A DNA stretch of 22,557 nucleotides, taken from the NCBI GenBank assembly GCA_034439715.1, contig JAWXAY010000058.1:1-22557 (forward strand), in the 5' to 3' direction. Positions 16,546 through 22,557 of the stretch are shown here, piece by piece. Each line of letters begins with the position of its first letter. Within the stretch, counting starts at the first letter, position 1. The position numbers were made by a program, and so were the translations under genes. The DNA comes from Pseudomonadota bacterium (GTDB taxonomy: Bacteria; Bdellovibrionota; Bdellovibrionia; Bdellovibrionales; SG-bin7). Below the pieces are notes generated by a model that was given only the letters and a program-made list of their open reading frames with translations, had not been told where the DNA came from and did no database searches.

Positions 16546-17991
16546 ATGGAACTCATACAAAATTTTATAAATGGTGAATTTGCTTCACCTCAAGACGGCA
16601 AGTACCTCGACGGCTTTAATCCGGCTACGGGTAAGGTCTACTCGAGAGTTCCCGATTCTCGAGACGTCGATGTGGCAATGGCAGTAGTAGCGGCTAAGAA
16701 AGCCTTTCCTGCGTGGTCTAAAAAAACTGCCGAAGAGCGCGCGGAGTATCTTTATAAGATTGCCGATTTAATTGATCGTGATCGCGAAAAATTGGCCTTG
16801 GCTGAGAGTATCGATCAAGGTAAGCCCCTTTCTCTAGCCCGGGAGCTCGATATTCCAAGGGCCTCGAAAAATTTTAGATTTTTTGCGGGAGCCATACTCC
16901 ACACACAGGAAATGTCTACTACTCAGGGGGATACGTCTTTAAACTATGTTTTAAGGCAACCTGTAGGTGTCGCGGGCCTTATTCCTCCATGGAATCTTCC
17001 TCTCTATCTACTCACCTGGAAAATTGCGCCCGCGCTCGCCGCAGGAAATACAGTCGTTTGTAAACCTTCGGAGTTTACCTCAATGACCGCCTTTTTGCTT
17101 TGCTCATTGATCAAGGAGGCCGGCCTACCCTCTGGTGTTTGCAATATTGTTTTTGGCACTGGCGAAAAAGCGGGAGCAGTATTGGTAGATCATCCTGCCG
17201 TACCACTTATTTCATTTACGGGTGGCACCGCCACCGGCGAAAAAATTTATCGGGCTAGTGCTGCCAATTTTAAAAAAATTAGTCTTGAGCTCGGCGGAAA
17301 GAATCCAAATATTATTTATGACGATGCCGATCTTAGCAAAGCAGTGCCGGGGACCATTCGCTCAAGCTTTCTCAATCAGGGTGAGATTTGTGTTTGCGGA
17401 TCACGTATTTTTGTACAAGAAGGCATTTACGAAAAATTTCTTAGTGAGTTTAAGGCTGAAACTGAAAAACTAATTGTGGGAAATCCACTTGATGAAAAGA
17501 CTTTTATGGGTCCCCTTGTGAGTTCTTCACATTTAGACAAAGTCATGAGCAGCATCGAACAAGCTCGCAACGAAGGTGCTAAAATTATTTTTGGAGGAGA
17601 TCGGCCAAAAAATTTAAGCAATGAATTTAAAGACGGCTATTTTTTAAATCCGACAATTATCACGGAACTAGACCGCTGCAGTGAAATCATGCAGCGAGAA
17701 ATTTTTGGTCCAGTGGTGACGGTAACACCTTTTAAATATATGAAAGACGTGGTTGAGTGGGCGAACAATGTGCCCTACGGGCTCACCGCAACTGTTTGGA
17801 CTACAAATCTAGATAGAGCTCACAAAACTGCTGCAAAGTTAGAAGTCGGTACTGTATGGGTCAATACCTGGCTTAAGCGTGACTTGAGATTACCTTTTGG
17901 TGGCATGAAGGCTTCCGGCATTGGCCGAGAAGGCGGCGAATTTTCTTTAGAGTTTTTTACAGAGGCAAAAACAGTAACAATTGGATTGTAA
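16546..17991 (+). CDS. amnC: 2-aminomuconate 6-semialdehyde dehydrogenase (ALDH8/HMSDH family)
   Basis: ALDH motifs PWNLP, FTGGT, LELGGKNP, NQGEICVCGSR and EIFGPV. Family-diagnostic substrate arginines in DIPR and WLKRDLRLPFGG. GGAGG at 16532-36 favours ATG 16546 over GTG 16540. Adjacent to the aminophenol dioxygenase. Confidence 0.85.
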   Translation: MELIQNFINGEFASPQDGKYLDGFNPATGKVYSRVPDSRDVDVAMAVVAAKKAFPAWSKKTAEERAEYLYKIADLIDRDREKLALAESIDQGKPLSLARELDIPRASKNFRFFAGAILHTQEMSTTQGDTSLNYVLRQPVGVAGLIPPWNLPLYLLTWKIAPALAAGNTVVCKPSEFTSMTAFLLCSLIKEAGLPSGVCNIVFGTGEKAGAVLVDHPAVPLISFTGGTATGEKIYRASAANFKKISLELGGKNPNIIYDDADLSKAVPGTIRSSFLNQGEICVCGSRIFVQEGIYEKFLSEFKAETEKLIVGNPLDEKTFMGPLVSSSHLDKVMSSIEQARNEGAKIIFGGDRPKNLSNEFKDGYFLNPTIITELDRCSEIMQREIFGPVVTVTPFKYMKDVVEWANNVPYGLTATVWTTNLDRAHKTAAKLEVGTVWVNTWLKRDLRLPFGGMKASGIGREGGEFSLEFFTEAKTVTIGL

Positions 17992-18005
17992 TTAAGGAGT
18001 AAGCG

Positions 18006-18884
18006 ATGATTGTAGCTGGAGCTTTAGCACCGCACCCACCCCATCTTGTGTATGGCGATAATCCCAAACAAAACGAGCCGCGCTCTGAAGGTGGCTGGGA
18101 AGTTTTGCGCTGGGGTTATGAGAGGCTGCAGAAAAATCTAGATAAATTGGATTACGATGTCTTAGTTGTATTGTCGCCCCACTGGCGCACACAAGTTGGT
18201 ACGCATTTCGTTGGCGTACCCCATCTTAAAGGTAAGTCAGTAGATCCCATTTTTCCTAATTTATTTCGCTTTAATTACGATATGAATTTCGATGTTAAGT
18301 TGAGCGAGGCCATTTCTAAAAAAGCAGAAAAAATGGGTTTAGTCACTGATATGATGCGAAATCCCGATTATCGAGTCGACTACGGCACGATTGTATCGTG
18401 TCACATGACAAATCCTAAATGGAACAAGCCCATCGTAAGTATTTCTAGTAACGGGGCCGCACAGTATTTTAATTTAGAAGTCATGAATTCATTGTTTACT
18501 AAACTAGGTATTGCCACGAGAGAGGCCATTAACGAGTCAGGAAAACGCGCAGTTTTACTAGCCAGCAACTCGCTTTCTCACAGACACTTTACCTTAGAAC
18601 CAGAAGTTCCCGAAGATATGAGTAAGGAACACATTACCAGTCACGCCCTTTATCTATGGGATATGCGCATGCTGGAACTTATGAAAAAAGGCAAGACGCG
18701 CGAGATGACAGAAATCTTGCCTGACTTTACCGAGCAAACCATGGGAGAGACTGATAGTGGCGCTCTGACTTGGTTAATGTCTGCCCTCGATTACCCTGAA
18801 TATCCCGCTGAAGTCCATGCCTACGGTACCGTGATTGGCACCGGAAATGCGATTGTGGAGTGGAGTAAGGGAGTAGAGTCATGA
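18006..18884 (+). CDS. amnB: 2-aminophenol 1,6-dioxygenase, catalytic beta subunit (LigB-type extradiol dioxygenase)
   Basis: Very close to AmnB/CnbCb motifs: LAPHPPHLVYGDNPKQNEPRSEGGWEVLRW, SPHW, GKSVDPIFPN, RVDYG, LLASNSLSH, PEDMSKE and YGTVIGTGNA. Fe ligands His/His/Glu (PH, SPHW, GETDSG) are retained. Confidence 0.93.
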   Translation: MIVAGALAPHPPHLVYGDNPKQNEPRSEGGWEVLRWGYERLQKNLDKLDYDVLVVLSPHWRTQVGTHFVGVPHLKGKSVDPIFPNLFRFNYDMNFDVKLSEAISKKAEKMGLVTDMMRNPDYRVDYGTIVSCHMTNPKWNKPIVSISSNGAAQYFNLEVMNSLFTKLGIATREAINESGKRAVLLASNSLSHRHFTLEPEVPEDMSKEHITSHALYLWDMRMLELMKKGKTREMTEILPDFTEQTMGETDSGALTWLMSALDYPEYPAEVHAYGTVIGTGNAIVEWSKGVES

Positions 18885-19882
18885 AGAATACAAAAAAGAA
18901 CACAAAAATGAAATCTAAAAAAACGTTCAGAAGAGTGTTAAAATCAAAAAGCAAAAAGTCTAGCCTCTCTCCCCTTATTAAGGGCTTTATTGTACCGGGT
19001 TTGCCACATATCCTGCTGGCGCCGGAAAAAAATCCTGGTTGGCAAAAAATGCGAAATGCTTTTGATGAAGTCAAAAATGAAATAGCTGCGAGTGGAGCAG
19101 AAATCCTGGTGATCTACAGTACTTATTGGTCAAGTATTTTGGGTCATCAAATTCAGGCTGAGCCTGAACCAGAGTGGGTCCACGTGGACGATCAATTTTA
19201 CGCCTTGGGCTCGATTCCCTATAAATTGAGAATGGATTCTAAATTTGCGGAATTACTAAAAGAAAAATGTTTGAGCCGAGGTCTACAGGCGCGCACGACG
19301 GCCTATAAGGGTTTTCCGATAGATACGGGTTCGGTGGTGGCGCTAAAATTATTGAATCCTGATAATAAAATTCCGGCGGTGATAATTTCTAGTAATATTT
19401 ATAGCGACCGCGCCGAGAGCATTGTATTGGGTAAGGCTGCGCGCGATGCAATTGAGGCAAGTGGTAAGAAAGCGATCTGTCTGGTTATCACGTCACTCTC
19501 GAATCGCATGCACACAACACATGTGCCTTCTGAAAAGGATAAAATTCATTCTCTCAAGGATCATGAATGGAATTTAAAATTTTTGGAGTATTTGCAAGCG
19601 GGAAGACTCGAAGATGCTTCGCAACTTTCTCGTCAGTTTCATAGAGAGGCCAGGGTTCAGAAAGTAGTAAATTTTAAACCGTTTTGGTGGCTAGCAGGAG
19701 TCATGGGACAAAACAATCTCTACGGTGGAAAACTTTATGAATATCAGCCTATTTGTGGCACAGGCAACGCGCTCGTCGGACTGACTCCTTCACTTCGTTC
19801 AGCAAGAGATCTTGAGTTTGATGAAGACGATCCACAAAACTATAAGGGCGAGCGAAACGTACTGGGCGAAAAATATGATTGA
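18881..19882 (+). CDS. amnA: 2-aminophenol 1,6-dioxygenase, non-catalytic alpha subunit, with terminal extensions
   Basis: FIVPGLP, IYSTYW, HVDDQFY, YKGFPIDTG, SSNIY and FKPFWWLAG match AmnA/CnbCa. Lacks the Fe-binding SPHW His. ATGA overlap with amnB. Confidence 0.88.
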   Translation: MKNTKKNTKMKSKKTFRRVLKSKSKKSSLSPLIKGFIVPGLPHILLAPEKNPGWQKMRNAFDEVKNEIAASGAEILVIYSTYWSSILGHQIQAEPEPEWVHVDDQFYALGSIPYKLRMDSKFAELLKEKCLSRGLQARTTAYKGFPIDTGSVVALKLLNPDNKIPAVIISSNIYSDRAESIVLGKAARDAIEASGKKAICLVITSLSNRMHTTHVPSEKDKIHSLKDHEWNLKFLEYLQAGRLEDASQLSRQFHREARVQKVVNFKPFWWLAGVMGQNNLYGGKLYEYQPICGTGNALVGLTPSLRSARDLEFDEDDPQNYKGERNVLGEKYD

Positions 19883-20981
19883 GCACGATAACTATCCGAA
19901 GAGTCCTTTTGGCGACAGCGAGTCGGGGATTCCCACGGGTCGTCAAGTCGAGTGGGAGCCACTAATAGATTATCGACGAAATGGTGTGAGTGAAAATACT
20001 ATTCACGGAGCGATCTCGTGGTTTAGTGGAAGCAAAAATATTCATTCATTTGGCGGGAACGTACTTTGTTATGGCCGCAGTATGATGAAACCATTTTATA
20101 TTAAGGTTTTTGCGAATGAACTCAATTCGAATACCAATTGGAAGCAAAAGGCAATAAGTGTCGCTAGCCACAACGGCACGGCTCAACACGTCGATGCGGC
20201 GCAAAGTTTGTTAAAGGAAAGCGAGTGGGGGCTGATGTTGACCCCACTGGACACTCCACTTGTGCAGTTTGGCCGGCAGGTACGTCGGCCACGTCGCTGG
20301 TTTAATAATTCTTCGGGTCATCATGCCGCGATACTTCTTGGCTGCCGACTCCGGGGCTTCAATCGCGCTGGCTACACTTTGCCGAGTCATCCTGTATTTC
20401 ACGAATATATGAAAATCGTAAAGACCTACATTGGGAAGGATTGGATGCCTCTAAAAATAGCTCGGGATGGTGACGGGCTGCCCACTGTGGCAATGACTGT
20501 TAATGAGCTTGCGAAATGCTATGCTGAGCTCGCTAAGAATCGCAATGAGGATTGGATTTGGGAATCGATGTGCCGGGAGCCCGACCTTGTGGGAGGATAT
20601 AATCGGCTCGACACTACCATTATCAAGTCTTGCAACAATAAGGTTATAGCCAAAGAAGGCGCTGATGGTCTCTTGGGTTTGGCGATTGATCACACAGATT
20701 ATCCAGAAGGCTTGGGCGTCGTCATAAAAATTGCACACGGTTGGAATCCACAAGCGACTTGGTATATTGCGCGTGGGATTTTAGGATCTTTGGGTTTTGA
20801 TCTCAGAAATCCTTATCCCCTCAAGCGCCAAAAGGCCTTTTTAGTTCCAGGAATTGTGCCGCCAACCCTGATAGATAAATTAGAGAAAATTCCGACTTGG
20901 GATGAATGGGATCCTGATCACGATAGATGGTATTTTGATCCTAGTGAACATAAAAATATTTTAGGTGGTGAGGTTTTATGA
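19875..20981 (+). CDS. Class 3 (Rhizobium AnsA / Asparaginase_II family) asparaginase-like amidohydrolase with an altered metal site
   Basis: RSMMKP, ASHNG, NSSGHH (canonical NCSGKH), HPV, DGDGLP (canonical DGCxxP), AKEGADG and GVVIKIAHG. ATG 19875 overlaps the amnA stop and is preferred to TTG 19812. Confidence 0.82.
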   Translation: MIEHDNYPKSPFGDSESGIPTGRQVEWEPLIDYRRNGVSENTIHGAISWFSGSKNIHSFGGNVLCYGRSMMKPFYIKVFANELNSNTNWKQKAISVASHNGTAQHVDAAQSLLKESEWGLMLTPLDTPLVQFGRQVRRPRRWFNNSSGHHAAILLGCRLRGFNRAGYTLPSHPVFHEYMKIVKTYIGKDWMPLKIARDGDGLPTVAMTVNELAKCYAELAKNRNEDWIWESMCREPDLVGGYNRLDTTIIKSCNNKVIAKEGADGLLGLAIDHTDYPEGLGVVIKIAHGWNPQATWYIARGILGSLGFDLRNPYPLKRQKAFLVPGIVPPTLIDKLEKIPTWDEWDPDHDRWYFDPSEHKNILGGEVL

Positions 20982-21391
20982 GCGAAAAAATAATTGTCAA
21001 TAGTGCCCCAGAGCCAGTTGGAGCCTATCCTCATGCCCGCAAGGTCGGAAATCTTTTATTTTTATCGGGCGTGGGGCCACGAAAGAAGGGAAGTAAAGAA
21101 ATTCCGGGAGTGACTCTCGACGTAAATGGTAACATCAAATCTTATGACGTCGAAGTCCAAACCAAAGCAGTGATTGAGAACGTAAAAAATATTTTAGAAG
21201 CTTCGGATAGTTCGCTAGACAAAGTGGTCGATGTGATGGTTTTTTTAACTAATATGAAAAACGACTTTAAAAAATTTAACGAAGTTTATGCAAAAACATT
21301 TGCAAAAATTGGTGCAACCCGCACCACGGTCGAAGTGGGTGCATTACCTACTCCCATTGCGGTTGAATTTAAAGTGATAGCAACGATTTAA
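20978..21391 (+). CDS. amnD: RidA/YjgF-family deaminase, probably 2-aminomuconate deaminase
   Basis: APEPVGAYPHA, LFLSG, the extra GVGPR..IPGVTLD loop seen in aminomuconate deaminases, FNEVY, and catalytic Arg in TRTTVEV; operon context; ATGA overlap. Confidence 0.8.
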   Translation: MSEKIIVNSAPEPVGAYPHARKVGNLLFLSGVGPRKKGSKEIPGVTLDVNGNIKSYDVEVQTKAVIENVKNILEASDSSLDKVVDVMVFLTNMKNDFKKFNEVYAKTFAKIGATRTTVEVGALPTPIAVEFKVIATI

Positions 21392-22202
21392 TCCACGGTG
21401 GTTCGTCACCTAGTTCTTTTTCGGGATTACGATTCATTTCTTCTAATTGGTTCCACTCTTCTTGGAGATATTCTTGTTGGTCAGCCGTTGCGTCGTCATC
21501 GTCTTCGGGTGTGCTTTTGCGACAGGCCTGATCGGGAGTGTAACTGTTAGTACTACAAATACTAACACGAGCGTCATGACTATTTTTTACCATCGTCATA
21601 ATCCAATCGCGTAAGGGTGTTGGCGATATGGGATTTATGGCGGCATCGAGTACGAAGGCCACTCCTTCTACAGAAACTACGGGTGCGACATGATAAACCC
21701 ATCCCACTCGTCCACTGGGACTATTGGGAGTTTTAACTCTTAAGTTTCCAAAAATAAAAACCTTGTAGGGCGCCTCTAGTTTGGTGTCTTCGAGTTTATG
21801 AACCGCCATAGCCGCGCGGGCATAGCAACCATCATCGGGGTAGAGCCACGAAATCCTTCTGGCAAAATCTGCTTTATCCTCTGTAAATAAAAAGCGGGAA
21901 TCGCGCATATATTCAAACGCCGAATTCATAACACCGACACTTGGCCACTGAGGTAAAATGGAAGTGTCGAGTTCATCTATATCTATCGCCATTTCTTGCG
22001 CGTTTTTGTCGTATAGTTTGGGGCTATGCCCATGAACTTTGATATAGGCTTTGCGCAGGCGTTTCATGCCGTCGTCACCGCTTTCGCCTGGCAGTCGGAT
22101 GGCTGAACTATAGGAATGTCGTTCGGCAAAGGTGGTGGGCCGGGCGTTAGCGAGCAGAGAAATCAGCGATATTAGAAGAGTAAAAAAACTTAAACTTTTC
22201 AT
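21369..22202 (-). CDS. Secreted protein-glutamine glutaminase (protein glutaminase) family enzyme
   Basis: Cys-His-Asp triad motifs WLYPDDGCYARA, GWVYHVAP and FVLD, with KVFIFGNL. AGAGGT RBS and signal peptide MKSLSFFTLLISLISLLANA favour ATG at 22202. Confidence 0.85.
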   Translation of the reverse strand: MKSLSFFTLLISLISLLANARPTTFAERHSYSSAIRLPGESGDDGMKRLRKAYIKVHGHSPKLYDKNAQEMAIDIDELDTSILPQWPSVGVMNSAFEYMRDSRFLFTEDKADFARRISWLYPDDGCYARAAMAVHKLEDTKLEAPYKVFIFGNLRVKTPNSPSGRVGWVYHVAPVVSVEGVAFVLDAAINPISPTPLRDWIMTMVKNSHDARVSICSTNSYTPDQACRKSTPEDDDDATADQQEYLQEEWNQLEEMNRNPEKELGDEPPWIKSLLSL

Positions 22203-22333
22203 AGAGTAACCTCTAGGTGATTTGAAGTAATATTCTAGATGGTAAAGGGGAATCAAAGGAGGCGTCGGCTCAAAAACTAACCAATTGTCTAGTGATTGAT
22301 GCCTTGAGTTATTAACATCGAAATTGATAAATC

Positions 22334-22362
22334 TTGAAAGGAGTTAGGACTGAAGTTATGGT
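22334..22362 (+). promoter_or_regulatory. Putative sigma70 promoter of the tRNA
   Basis: TTGAAA (22334-39) - 17 nt - TATGGT (22357-62), about 50 nt upstream of tRNA-Asp. Confidence 0.55.
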
Positions 22363-22410
22363 GTTCGCTCATTGTTCTTTAGATTATTCGTGTGACTTTT
22401 TTTTCTTCGC

Positions 22411-22487
22411 GGGGTGGTAGTTCAGTTGGTTAGAACGCCTGCCTGTCACGCAGGAGGTCGCGGGTTCGAGTCCCGTCCACCCCGCCA
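22411..22487 (+). tRNA. tRNA-Asp (GTC)
   Basis: 77 nt. Acceptor stem GGGGTGG/CCACCCC, D-arm TAGTTCAGTTGGTTAGAAC, anticodon arm CCTGC-CTGTCAC-GCAGG (GTC at 22445-47), T-loop GGTTCGAGTCC, discriminator G, encoded CCA. Confidence 0.98.
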
Positions 22488-22557
22488 TTTTTCTTAAGTG
22501 AAAATTAGGTTCAGGCCCAAATCCAGTGACAGGTTCCATAAGTACCCAACAGGTCTA

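Noticed and set aside
18006..19882. tRNA-modification (MnmC-like) label that, from memory, is sometimes attached to these proteins
   Set aside because: The motifs and the neighbouring ALDH8 and RidA genes clearly indicate LigB-type 2-aminophenol dioxygenase subunits
3704..20753. Numerous short alternative-frame and antisense ORFs in the track (e.g. 3704-4114, 4926-5213, 5702-6010, 6988-7329, 14987-15283, 18727-19074, 20451-20753)
   Set aside because: They lie within or opposite well-supported genes and have no recognisable motifs, so they are treated as shadow ORFs
22411..22557. tRNA-Asp as an integration site or island boundary
   Set aside because: No integrase and no duplicate of the tRNA 3' end was seen in the window; the downstream sequence is too short to judge
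1..22557. CRISPR arrays, IS elements, prophage or defence genes
   Set aside because: No regularly spaced repeats, transposase, integrase, nuclease or phage-like ORFs were seen

Overview
A gene-dense bacterial window with almost all genes on the + strand. The style (orphan secreted proteins behind sigma54-type promoters, a protein-glutaminase homologue, small beta-barrels) suggests a Bdellovibrionota-like organism, but that is inference only. In order it holds: two orphan exported proteins, pyrE, a 2Fe-2S ferredoxin, an outer-membrane beta-barrel, an oppABCDF oligopeptide ABC operon followed by a YhhQ-family queuosine-precursor transporter, a second beta-barrel, a tightly coupled 7-gene aromatic-amine catabolic operon, a convergent protein-glutaminase, and tRNA-Asp(GTC). 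oppC carries an inserted FN3-like domain and a 1-nt frameshift. The catabolic operon encodes an atypical SDR, a luciferase-like monooxygenase, 2-aminomuconate-semialdehyde dehydrogenase, 2-aminophenol 1,6-dioxygenase beta and alpha subunits, a class-3 asparaginase homologue with a rebuilt metal site, and a RidA-family deaminase. This operon is the main candidate for an undescribed system. Its extra genes fit a hypothetical route of kynurenine -> (Baeyer-Villiger oxidation) aspartyl-2-aminophenol -> aspartate + 2-aminophenol -> meta-cleavage -> 2-oxoadipate, bypassing kynureninase, KMO and 3-hydroxyanthranilate.
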